Assembly: GCF_009834535.1 (NCBI RefSeq)
Contig: NC_045696.1
Span: forward strand, 93,684,001 to 93,748,000
Source: Camelus ferus
Taxonomy: Eukaryota
DNA: 64,000 nt
Direction of reading: 5' to 3'
The position numbers were made by a program, and so were the translations under genes. The notes under the pieces are model-generated. The model saw only the letters and a program-made list of their open reading frames with translations, had not been told where the DNA came from and did no database searches. Below are positions 14,155 to 26,349 of this stretch, piece after piece. The stretch's first letter is position 1. Every line of letters starts with the position of its first letter.

Positions 14155-14539
14155 TGTTAAATCAATTAAACAAAGAGGCATTAGATAGAAGCGGCTCTAA
14201 TGCCATGGTGGTCTACATAAGCAAACCAAGATCTAAGCCTGTAAGTGCCTCAAGGTTGCAAAATTGATACCTAAGGACAACCAATCTCAAGCAGTCAACT
14301 AGGCTTTAAGCTATAGCCTATCAATAATTTCCTTTCTTTGCTTCTGCACTTTCTCTGTATGAATAGTTCCCCCTGCTCCTGCTAATGAAGCACTCCTCAC
14401 TACTTCTGGTTTGGCACTGCCAAATTCAGATAATTTTCACTCGATTCAATCCTCAGTGCCTCTGTTAAAAGGAAAAAAAGAAAGAAATTATTTTACTCAA
14501 ATTCAAAAATTTTAATATGCCTCAGTTTATCTTTTAACA
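14155..14539 (+). mobile_element. ERV solo LTR (385 bp, 4-bp TSD, class I-like)
   Basis: Inverted termini TGTTAAA and TTTAACA; CTGT on both flanks (14151-14154, 14540-14543); CCAAT motif inside; strand is an inference. Confidence 0.75.
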
Positions 14540-15360
14540 CTGTGGTCCATAGCAGAGTTATATGAAAGCCTTAAGTGTTGTATCTTCAAACAGAGGATGT
14601 ATCTTCTTTTTATGTACCCATGGAGTTTTTGTGAAAATGAACCAAACATTATACCACTAAGAAAACTTAAATTCACTCCAAAATTTAAAAATAATATTGG
14701 TCATTTTCCCTCATCCAATATTATAAACCTAGAAAGTATGTTAAAAAATATTTTTAAAATTCTCCCACCTGGAAATTAAAATGAAAACTCTAGGTGAAAA
14801 ACAGTCCAAATTGCATATAATTTAGAAAATAATGATAATGAAAGTAATATGAACCCCTGTGTTCACCTTCAACTTCCTCTCCTGTGTTGCTCATTACATT
14901 ACATGCAAATCTGCTGTCTGTTTTATGAGGAGGCATCTAAGAACACTTTAGTGTTCCCCGTAGCCAGGGAAAACGCCAAGGAAATGATCAAAACCCAAAA
15001 CAGGAAGTTACTCATTTTCAAGAAGCAGACAAATCCTATGAGTGCCGTAATAGGATTTGTCATTGAAATTAGAATAAGATTCTAATTTGATGGTCATTCA
15101 GTGATATAAGCACATCCACATAGTTGGAAATGGAGGAGCAACATTCATCTGAGCCCAAAAGAGGAGGTGCTACTTTACTCCAGAACTATTGTCCCACAGA
15201 CAACAATATATTCACAGATGGAAAATATCATCTTGTTCTAGCACATACAGTCTAATACTTCTGTTCTCACTCCAGTTTAGAACCTAAGAGATTTACCTAT
15301 AATGGAGTATAGATAATAATAATATATATTATACATTATATTTTAATAATACAAAGCCTT

Positions 15361-15496
15361 GGGGGAAGGTATAGCTCAAGCAGTAGAGCACAGCTTAGCA
15401 TGCACGAGGTCATGGGTTCAATCCCCAGTATCTCCTCTAAATATAAATAAACCTAATTACCTCCCCCTGCCAAAAAGAAATTAAAAAAAAAAAAAA
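15361..15496 (+). mobile_element. tRNA-derived SINE (Vic-1-like)
   Basis: GGGGGAAGGTATAGCTCAAG...GGGTTCAATCCCCAGTATCTCC...CCTAATTACCTCCCC and poly-A. Confidence 0.85.
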
Positions 15497-15989
15497 GGAA
15501 GTGCCCAGAGGAGCCTGGAGCCTGAGGTAAAAGAAAAAAAATCAAAAATACTGATGTTGGCTCATTAAAAATTTTATATCTTGATGTTCGCTCATAAAAA
15601 TAAACAATAATAATAATAATAATAATATGTAACCTATACTCTGTTATAGCTAAATTATATATATATATCCTTAAGCATTCACATTGCTAAAACAAGAATA
15701 AAGGGAATTAACTAATTATGCAACCCAAAAAGTTAAAAAATACAAATAAATTTTTTAATTGAATGAGTTAAAAAGAAGAAAAACAGTGAATTGGTAAACA
15801 AATCCAGAAGCTGGTACTTTGAATAAAGCAATAAAATAGATTGCTTAATGCAATCAAATTAAAATAGAAAAATGCCAAAACACGAATATTCAAAATGGAA
15901 CTTAGATTAAGAGAAGTAGCCAAGATAAAGGAAAGTTGTAGGAATTATTAGAGAATGATTTGCTCAACTCCATGCCAATATATTTGGAA

Positions 15990-18210
15990 ACCCAGATAAA
16001 ATATTTTTTCTTTTTTTTTCCCTTTATTTCTATACCCCATTCCCATTTCCCTTACCCCTTAGGGATCCAACCTATTGCTTTAATATTTACACTTTTATTT
16101 GTATATGTTCTTACAAAATGTGAGGCAATGATTTACATGCATTTATTTCTAACATATGTAAGTAATATTTTACCATATATTTCCCTTTTGTTTCTTAATT
16201 TTTTCATACCAAAGTTCCTAAGATCTATCCATACTGCTCTGTGTACAAACTCACCAGTACCTATCACTGCTGCACATGTGCATCCACCATATTCTACATA
16301 TCTTCTCTTCTAGTTTGGGGCACTCAGGTTATCTCCAACTTAGCACTCGAACAGCTAAGACTATAATGAACACACTGTTATATGTCCACATATGACTAGT
16401 TGTGAACACTTCATACAATTACCAGATTATGGGTATGAATTTCCTTAATCTACTGAGGAGTGTTTTTCCAGAATGTTTGCACCATTGTATACTTTCACCA
16501 GCAATGCAGAAATGTTTTTGTATTTCCATATCTCTGCTAAACTTTGGCATCATTCAACTTTCTTATTTTTGTCACTTCAATAGGGGTGAAATATCAGTTT
16601 TAAATTTCTTTTTTTTTTTTTTTGCAATTCTTTGTATTTTTAGGATTTCCTTTTTGATAAACTGCCTGTTCATATCTCTTACCCAGTTTTCCACTGAGAT
16701 GGTTGTCCTCTGACTGTTGAATTAGAGCTATTCCTTTTCTCTTTGTTTTTTAAATTTTATTTTATTGTAGTAAAAAACACTTAACATGAAATTTATCCCC
16801 TTAACAAATGTTTAAGTGTGTAATGCAGTATTGTTAGCGATTTTGAAGCGATGTTAGCACTCCCATGTTCACTGAAGCACTATTCACAATAGCCAATATG
16901 TAGAAACAAACTAAATGTTTATTGGAAGAGAAACAGATAAAGAAAATATGATACACATATATATACACATACACACGCACACACACATATATATACACAA
17001 TGGAATGTTATTCAGCCTTAAAAAAGAAATCTACAATATGTGACAATTTAGATGAAACTTTATGTTAAGTGAAATACATCAGTTACAGTTAAAGCTATTT
17101 CTTTTAATAGATATTAAGCTTCTACTGTTTTTCTTTAGTTTTAGTAATTTCAAAAATATTCTTTCCTTTTGTTATCTCTCCACAAACTTTGTCCATGATA
17201 TTTGGGGTTTTTTTTAGCAGAAATTCTTAATTTTGATGTAAAAAAGCTTCATCAATATTTTTACATTATAATTTGTATGTTTTCAGTTTTAATTAATAAG
17301 ACCTTCACTGCCCTGGATTACAAAGAAGTTAATAGTTTGTCTTTTATATTTAGATCTTTGACCCATCTAAAATTACCTTTACATATGGTACAATGTCAGA
17401 ATCCATTTTTATTTTTCTCCATAAAATAAGCCATCACCTATTCTACAGCTCGTCTTTCATGGGGCCATGTTTGTGACATAAATTGTCATATATACAAAGA
17501 CTTGTCTCTGAACTCTGTTCTATTGACTGGTAGTTCATGTGTTCTTGTACTCATGTCATGCTACCTTTAGAACAATGGCTTCATTGTATGTATTACTTCT
17601 TTTTTATAACAGTGACTTAGATCTTCATGACCTCTGTTTTTTCAAATAAATTTTAAGTTTATTGAGTTCTTCAAGAAATTTAACTAGAAATTTAATTGGG
17701 ATTGCATTAAATATATTTAGAAATTTAGAAAGAATTTGTATCACTTTGATACTAACTCATTTTATCCAGAATCATAGAATATCTCTCCATTTATTTAGAT
17801 CATCTTCTATGGCCTTTTATTAAAGTTTTCAAGTTTTCTTTAAATAGGGCTTAAATTAATTAAATAGGGTTAAATTAATTCCTCAGATGTTTCATGATTT
17901 TTACTGTTTAAAGGATTGAAATTATGAAAATAAGTATTTCTTACATTTTCTAGTTGTTTGTTGTTACTATTGATTTTTAAATATTGGTATTTTGTCCAAC
18001 AATTGAATTCTCTTTTTAGTTGTAATAATTTGTCTGTAAGTTCTTTTGCTTCCTAGGTTTATATTTATATCATCTGCACATAATGATCATTTTCTTTCTT
18101 AATTTCCATCCCATTCAGTCTCTGCGTTTTTCCCTCACAGCATTGGCTAGGACCCGCAGCGGTATGTTAAACAGTAATAGTGATAGTAGTTATTCTTGTC
18201 CTGTTCCTAC
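15990..18210 (-). mobile_element. Old degenerate L1 (L1M-type) ORF2/3' region
   Basis: T-rich antisense ORF2 blocks (AATTGGGATTGCATTAAAT, TATCATCTGCA, CATTGGCTAGGACC...TGTTAAACAG, CTTGTCCTGTTCCT). Confidence 0.6.
16739..17088 (-). mobile_element. 5'-inverted L1 (L1MA-like) nested in the older L1
   Basis: Antisense 3' end (16739-~16838) joined to a sense ORF2 C-terminal piece (CCCATGTTCACTGAAGCACTATTCACAATAGCC); 17-bp TSD, 15/17 identical, at 16722-16738 and 17089-17105. Confidence 0.75.
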
Positions 18211-18650
18211 TGGGAGGTAATTATTCATGCACAGCTCGTGTTTCTGCTTGTCTTACATGCAGAATCTCTGATTGTCCTTCTATATTCTCTTTTCAGTGAT
18301 GTCTGTAAACAAAGTAAAAGGCAGGTTTACTTACAACCTTAGAAGAAAGGGAAGTATTTCCCTCCATGGTGAACGGCAGGCATGCTTACTGCCCATGGTA
18401 AACCATTTGCACTCCCTAAGCTAGTTCAGGGTTTCTCTCTTGTAACACAACCTCCGTTGTATGTACAGGTGTCACCTGGTTCTCCCGTGTGACCTCGTGG
18501 GAATTTGGGCTTGGTACAGGAAAATACTGATATTCTACTGCTACTGCTGTAAGTAATAAAGTCCTTTATTTCTGAACCAAGAACCTTCTGTTTTCCACCA
18601 TGAAACTGAGCAAGCAAACTTATCAGCTTGCAAGTAGGGTAATATCTACA
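18211..18650 (+). mobile_element. ERV-type LTR remnant, family uncertain
   Basis: AATAAAGTCCTT polyA signal, then TCTGAACCAAGA and GCTTGCAAGTAGGGTAA, resembling ancient eutherian LTRs. Confidence 0.45.
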
Positions 18651-19679
18651 AGCATTTGTTTGTAATAGCCCCAAACTGATAATAACACGAATATCCGTCT
18701 ATGATGGAATTGATACATAGAAGCCTGGGGACTTCTGTGGTTCTGATATGCATGGGACATGGAAGGAAAGGAAGGAGATAAATGCCTCACCACACCTCCT
18801 TCCCCTTTATTGTCGTCTACCAGAGAACCCAGAGCTGGTGATGGGGCGGTGTTTCAGTTCAAAAGAAATTGCCAGTTGTGGAGAAAAGTATACCAGAAAC
18901 TCATCATTATTTATTCTAAACTTTTATGATGCTTTTCATCTGAGCCTTTAAATTTCTTCATAATAGGTATTGTTTTCCTGTCTATGAAGATACAGGAACT
19001 GAGCCATAGGCGAGACTGAGTGGCTTGTTGAAGGAATCAAAGCAAGCCTGATGAGAGTTAGAAATCATTCAGGTTGTCAGATTGCAACATCTCCACCACA
19101 GTGACCAGAGGGTCGATACCACTTTTCACCTCTGCAGGACTCCTGTTTCTATCAGGTCTCTCTTTCATGCAAGATTTTAAAATCTCTTTATAAACATATA
19201 ACCTTTTCATTTCAAATACTCTGGGGTATTTCTCACTACATAGCCCAGAGACATTGCTGCCCTAGTGAGTAGACAATAAATGAGAAAAAGGAGGAAGGTC
19301 GATTTAATTTCCACCTCAGTCACTCAATTACAGCATCGTCTTGGACAAGTGATTTTGCTTTTATGCTCGCACTTCTCAGCTGAGTTTGGAAAAACTTCAC
19401 TTCTCCTTAGGGAAGTAAGATCTACTGAGATAATTTCTTTAAAACCCTTGGAGCTCAATGATACTAAATGAAAAGAAAGAATAGGCGGCCATCTGCATCA
19501 TTCTATTACTGAGTTAGAACCTCAGAAATTTGTATTGCCCTGAGAAGTTCTCTTCCCCAGCAATTCCTCTGATTTATTAAAGCTCACAGGATGTTTGCAA
19601 AGGCAAGAAATGTAGAGAATAGGGCAGAAAAATAAGCCACTACCATCTTGCCTCTATAAGCCATTGTTGTGTCTTGGAA

Positions 19680-19900
19680 TAACCTGGGTTCAAATCCTAA
19701 CCTCTTCTTTACAGGCAATGAAATTTTAGGTGGGTGGGTTATTTACTCTCTGTGCCACAGTTCCTTTGTTTGAAAAATGAGACTAAAACTAATACTTGCA
19801 TCATAGAATTGTGAAATTAAATTAGTTAATACATATAGATAACTTAGAAAACTGTCCAACACATTATAAGAACTAAATATGTGTTAGCTCTTGTTATTAT
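19680..19900 (+). mobile_element. MIR SINE
   Basis: CCTGGGTTCAAATCCTAACCTCT...CTCTGTGCCACAGTTCCT...AAAATGAG, ending in (TAT)n. Confidence 0.65.
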
Positions 19901-20084
19901 TGTTGTTATTTATATTATTGTTAATTATATAATTTACATATAAATATAAAATATATTATATATTATATACATATATATATATATGTTGGAAGACATAAGA
20001 TATGGATTTGTCTAAATCTCACAAATGACCCAAACATTCTACCAAAGTTACCTTGCATTGAAATGCTCCTGTTTTAGATAAACC

Positions 20085-20270
20085 AAGTATCAACAATTTT
20101 TTTCTGTAAAGTGCTGGATAGTAAATATTTTTGGCAGTCTCTGTCACAACTACTCAGGGCTCAACTCTGTTGTTGTAGCTTGAAAGCAGCCATAAAAAAA
20201 ACTTAAATGGGTATGGCTATGTTCCAATAAAACTTTATTTACAAAATCAGACCATAGTCTGCCAACTGCT
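20085..20270. mobile_element. MER58-like hAT relic
   Basis: TTTTTCTGTAAAG...GATAGTAAATATTTT...AAAGCAGCCATA...GTTCCAATAAAACTTTATTTACAAAA...CCATAGTCTGCCAAC. Confidence 0.65.
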
Positions 20271-20604
20271 AAAATAAACCAAGGAATCTTTCAGTTATTG
20301 TTTTACTTAGTGAATAATAAGGAAACTACCCTTCCTGTCAAAAGACATGAGATAAAGCATATTCCCCATCACTATGCTCCAGAAATCACCTCAAGGCAAG
20401 GCAATGATACTCCTATAGGACAGAGAGTTCAGATTAGAGAGCCAAGCCATAGCACTGAGCAAAGAGAGAAGCCACCCCTAGAGAAATGAGTGGCATTCAT
20501 TTTTCAAAGGACTGGAAAGAGTAATCATCTTTGAGAAAATGATTGGTGAAGTTTTGGTACTTAAAGTGAACCTTGAGCTTTGATGATAAATTAGTAAGAG
20601 TCTT

Positions 20605-22823
20605 TTTTTTTTAACAATTTTTTATTGATTTATAATCATTTTACAATGTTGTGTCAAATTCCAGTGTTCAGCACAATTTTGCAGTCATACGTGGACATAT
20701 ACATACTCATTGTCACATTTTTTTCTCTGTGAGCTACCATAACATTTTGTGTATATTTCCCTGTGCTATACAGTATAATCTTGTTTATCTATTCTACAAT
20801 TTTGAAATCCCAGTCTATCCCTTCCCACCCTCCGCCCCCCTGGCAACCACAAGTCTGTATTCTCTGTCTATGAGTCTATTTCTGTCCTGTATTTACACTT
20901 TGTTTTTGTTTGTTTGTTTGTTTTTGTTTTTGTTTTTTAGATTCCACATAATGAGCGATCTCATACGGTATTTTTCTTTCTCTTTCTGGCTTACTTCACT
21001 TAGAATGACATTCTCCAGGAGCATTCATGTTGCTGCAAATGGCATTATGTTGTCGGTTTTTATGGCTGAGTAGTATTCCATGGTATAAATATTCCACACC
21101 TTCTTTATCCAGTCACCTGTTGATGGACATTTAGGCTGTTTCCATGTTTTGGCTATTGTAAATAGTGCTACTATGAACATTGGGGTGCAGGTGTCATCCT
21201 GAAGTAGGGTTCCTTCTGGATACAAGCCCAGGAGTGGGATTCCTGGGTCATATGGTAAGTCTATTCCTAGTCTTTTGAGGAATCTCCACACTGTTTTCCA
21301 TAGTGGCTGCACCAAACTGCATTCCTACCAGCAGTGTAGGAGGGTTCCCTTTTCTCCACAGCCTCTCCAGCATTTGTCATTTGTGGATTTTTGAATGACG
21401 GCCATTCTGACTGGTGTGAGGTGATACCTCATTGTAGTTTTGATTTGCATTTCTCTGATAATTAGTGATATTGAGCATTTTTTCATGTGCCTTTTGATCA
21501 TTTGTATGTCTTCCTTGGAGAATTGCTTGTTTAGGTCTTCTGTCCATTTTTGGATTGGGTTGTTTATTTTTTTCTTACTGAGTCATATGAGCTGCTTATA
21601 TATTCTGGAGATCAAGCCTTTGTCGGTTTCATTTGCAAAAATTTTCTCCCATTGCGTAGGTTGTCTTCTTGTTTTACTTATGGTTTCCTTCCCACTAAAA
21701 TCTGGGACAAGACAAGGATGCCCACTATCACCACTCCTATTCAACATAGTCCTGGAAGTCCTAGCCACAGCAATCAGGCAAGAGAGAGAAATAAAAGGGA
21801 TCCAAATTGGAAAAGAAGAGGTAAAAGTGTCACTATATGCCGATGACATGTTACTATATATAGAAAACCCTAAAAGGTCCACACAGAAACTACTAGAGCT
21901 GATTGAAGAATTCAGCAAGGTAGCAGGTTACAAAATTAACGTTCAAAAATCAGTTGCATTTCTTTACACTAACGATGAATCAACAGAAAAAGAAAATAAA
22001 GAAACAATCCCCTTTAAAATAGCACCCAAAGTCATAAAATATCTGGGAATAAATCTAACCAAGGAGGTGAAAGAATTATACACAGAAAACTATAAACCAT
22101 TGATGAGGGAAATTAAAGAAGACTTTAAAAAATGGAAAGATATCCCATGCTCTTGGATTGGAAGAATCAATATTGTTAAAATGGTCACACTGCCCAAGGC
22201 AATCTACAGATTTAATGCAATCCCTATCAAATTACCCAGGACATATTTCACAGAACTAGAACAAATCATAATAAAATTTATATGGAACCATTCAAAGACC
22301 TAGAATTGCCAAAGCATTACTGAAGAGAAAGAAAGAGGCTGGAGGAATAACTCTCCCAGACTTCAGACAATACTATAGAGCTACAGTCTTCAAGACAGCA
22401 TGGTATTGGTACAAAAACAGACATATAGACCAATGGAACAGAATAGAGAGCCCAGAAATGAACCCACAAACTTTGGTCAACTAATCTTCAACAAAGGAGG
22501 CAAGAATATACAATGCAATAAAGACAGTCTCTTCAGCAAATGGTGTTGGGAAAACTGGACAGCAGCATGTAAAGCAGTGAAGCTAGAACACTCCCTTACA
22601 CCATATACAAAAATCAACTCAAAATGGATCAAAGACTTAAACATAAGACAAGATACAATAAACCTCCTAGAGGAAAACAGGCAAAACATTATCTGACATA
22701 CATTTCAAAAATTTTCTCCTAGAAGAAGTAAAAGCAAGAATAAACAAATGGGACCTAATGAAACTTACAAGCTTCTGCACAGCAAAGGAAACCATAAGTA
22801 AAACAAGAAGACAACCTACGGAA
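20605..22823 (-). mobile_element. Young 5'-truncated, 5'-inverted (twin-primed) L1, about 2.2 kb
   Basis: Poly-T, antisense 3'UTR and ORF2 C-terminus (to ~21690), then sense RT region with YADD ([10 protein letters not shown]...LYADDM); perfect TSD TAGTAAGAGTCTT at 20592-20604 and 22824-22836; ORF2 has frameshifts and stops. Confidence 0.95.
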
Positions 22824-24045
22824 TAGTAAGAGTCTTAAGCTGGGCCAGTTCTTTAAAGTGTTTTAGCTGCACCCTATATTTTTAGAAGCAGGGAAATATT
22901 ACAGCTTCATGAGTAACTTTATCTTTGATGCTTTTAAAAATTTTTTTATAAAACAAAACTGAATGTTTCCATGCCAGTGTTCCATGCCAGATGATTATTG
23001 CCAATTATCCATATTGCTAAGGACGTTATTTTACCATATTCAACCAGAATTTTTTATGCCGTTTCCTACTTTTTGAGGATTTTCAGATATAATATACACT
23101 TTTAGAAAAATGCCTACAGTGCTTTGCAAAGGTATAATTACATCAAGGACTTCATAAAAGCCTGATGAAATTTTTGCGATGTAATTCTCTCTAGTTTGTT
23201 TCATAATGTATAATACTTTATTTGGTATATGTTTTAAAGTAACCAAAACAGCTGTGGGAAAACAGTAAATAAATCTTCGCCTAAACTGTTCTGATAATCA
23301 TAATTTCAATTTAAATCAATGTAAATTTTCAGTATTAAGTAATTTGAAGATGGAATTTTAAATAATTGAAGATACAGAGCTTTATGATAAGTGAGACAGA
23401 GGAACCAGGTTCACTCACAAGAACTGGGTAAATTTAAGATACAAAAGGGCTTAGAAATCTTTCTTCCTGGCCTCCTGGTTATTTGAAAGGCATTTAGAGT
23501 GATTTTTTTTTTCATGCTTAGGAGGATATTGTAAAGAAAATGAGATTATGGCTAAGGGGGAGGCTTAAAACTTTCAAGAAACTCATATCTATAATATATA
23601 TGTATTATGTGTATATATACATTATATATATGTATTATAAAACATAAAGCTTGGTAAAACTTTGTTTACTTAGACAATGATACGTTTCGAACATGCTTGC
23701 TGAGAAAGAAAACAAAAACAAAACTGTATAATTATCGCATCCATTGGGAGTGTTCCCAAGCAGTGCTAAGAGAGAATTATTAGAAACTGTGTATATGTTG
23801 TAATTAAGATTGCAGAGCCAGGCCACAATTTTAAAAACTGGCCTTACCACTTATTAACTGTGTGGGAGCAATAGTATACCTAACCATATTAAGACTACCA
23901 TCTAAGAACAATCAACCCCCAAAACTAGTGACTTACACAACAAACCTTACTTCTTATTCATACAAAGCTTACTCTAGGTTCCCACAGACCTCCAGGGCAG
24001 CCATGATCCTTCCGTTGGCCCAACATTCCAGGCTGCTTGAACCTT

Positions 24046-24784
24046 TTTTTTTTTTTAATTGAAGTACATTCAGTTACAATGTGTCAATTTCTGGTGTAGA
24101 GCACAATATCCTAGTCATGCATATACATACATATATTCATTTTAATATTATTTTTCATTAAAGGTTATTACAAAATATTGAATATAGTTCCCTGTGCTAT
24201 ACAGAAGAAATTTGTTGTTTTTTAAATCTATTTTTATATATAGTGGCTGACACTTGTAAATCTCAAACTCCCAAATTTATCCCTTCCCATCCCCTTTCCC
24301 CCATAACCATAAGATTGTTTCTATGTCTGCAAGTCTGTTTCTGTTTTGTAGATGAGTTCATAGTGTCCTTTTTTTTCTTTTTTTTTTTTTAGATTCCACA
24401 CATGAGTGATGTCATATGTTACTTTTCTTTCTCTTTCTGGCTTACTTCACTTAGAATGATGATCTCTAGGTCTATCCATGCTGCTGCAAATGGCATTATT
24501 TTATTCTTTTTTTTAATAGCTGGATAATATTCCATTGTATAAATATACCACAACTTCTTTATCCAGTCATCTGTTGATGGACATTTAGGTTGCTTCCATG
24601 TCTTGGCTATTGTATATAGTGCTGCTATGAACATTGGGGTACATGTATCTTTTCAAATTAGAGTTTCCTCTGGATGTATACCCAGGAGTGGGATTGATGG
24701 ATCATATGGTAAGTCTATTTTTATTTTTTTGAGGAGTCTCCATACTGTTTTCCATAATGGCTGCACCAAACTACATTCCCACCA
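24046..24784 (-). mobile_element. 5'-truncated L1 (3'UTR and ORF2 C-terminus)
   Basis: ORF 24419-24634 ([20 protein letters not shown]); TSD CAGGCTGCTTGAA(C/T)CTT at 24029-24045 and 24785-24801. Confidence 0.92.
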
Positions 24785-26349
24785 CAGGCTGCTTGAATCT
24801 TATACCATCTTCATATTGATAAGGACCTTCATACCATCAGAGCAGGGAAAGAGAAAGCCTGAAGAATCCAAGCATCAGCTCCTACAACCTCCACTTTTTA
24901 TTTGATGACAATATTGATTATTTTGAAGTAGACAGAAAAGAAAATTAATACAAAGTTAACATGAACAATTTAAAAATTGTATCATCCAATTTTAGAACTT
25001 GAAAGGGCCTAAAACTAATCTAGTCAAGCCCCCTTGTTTTACAGATATGGAAACAGACACCCAGAGAAAGTATAAAAATTTTTGTCCAAGGATACATAGC
25101 CAGGAATAGCAGAGTCTGAAGTAAAATTCAGATTTCTCTCCTAGTTCTCTACTGGCTGTAATTGTACCAACAACCTTTGGAAATGTGCTAACACCCTTGC
25201 CTCTTCTGTCATATCCTAGGGACTGTGGTTAGGTATCCTGTCCCTTTTCCAAATTTATATTTAATGGAAAACCCAGAAACTATGATAATCCTTGAAGGAA
25301 TGTCCCCAGACCTCAAATAGTACTGCAATAGCTATTATTAAGTTCTATTCATTGTATTTTAACAATGTGATAGTTATTGTCCCACCTAATTGAAAATCCA
25401 GGATTAAATACCATACTGAAGAATTAACCCAGACCCTTCTTACACTACTCTGCAAGGTCTGTCATTATCTGTAGGGAGAGCTAGAGTGCTGAGTTAGGTG
25501 TCACAGGTGCTTTTGTTTCCATTTGCTGAGTGAAAGGGAAATCAAACATGTCAAGATCAGTGAAGCGCCTCCTGTGTTTATTGAAGGGTATGGCTGGCAG
25601 TGACTAATACAATCACTTTCTACTTGAACAGATTAAGGTTCAAATTGTAGCCTCGGTTATCTCTAAAATGAAAGGAATGATTAGAATTCTGTTCCATGCA
25701 TTTAGATCATTACCATGTGAGCTTTCTTCTTTCCCTTCCGCTGCTTTCCTTCAGACCCAGGACTGTGTGTGGAGAGGCCCTCAGGTCATGAAGCTGAGCT
25801 GAGGAGGAATACTGCCCTAAAGCATCCTGGGAAATGCTAGACCTGGACTACTGATGTCAGTTACTTCTTTGCTAAGCCAAACTGACAATTCTTAAAATGA
25901 GTTCAGGGATTAAATCATCGTACAAAATACCCAAGTACTCTAGCTAAAAATGTTTTTTTTTTTTTGGTGAGGTAACCCTATATAATGTCATCTGACTTTA
26001 ACAACTAGAAATATTATTTATTCGAATGGCAGCTTGCTTACTTTATGACATCAACAGAAAATAGCTACCTACCTAAAGCTAGAGTGGCTCCACCCAAAGA
26101 TTCTGCAAAATCTTGTTTAGTGTAATGAGGACCATAATAACATTCTTATTATTAAGTACAACATGTATTTTAAAAAACAAAGCTGGTACCTCCTATTCAC
26201 TTAAAAATGACATTGGTAATATTCTTCCTCCAATGGATTATGAATCAGAGAGGTCTAGATAAGAATAAAAACAGCCCGTTAGTGGAGAAGAGTGGACCTC
26301 TTGAAGATGCTAATTATCATTCACATCAAGCCTGGGCAAGTATCTGGGC

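Noticed and set aside
17840..17880. 20-bp tandem duplication TAAATAGGG(C)TTAAATTAAT
   Set aside because: Ordinary slippage duplication inside a dead L1
21440..22303. 287-aa ORF with a YADD reverse-transcriptase motif as a novel fusion gene
   Set aside because: It is antisense L1 read across the inversion junction into sense ORF2, starts at TTG and is frameshifted near 22290; an L1 remnant, not a retron or host RT
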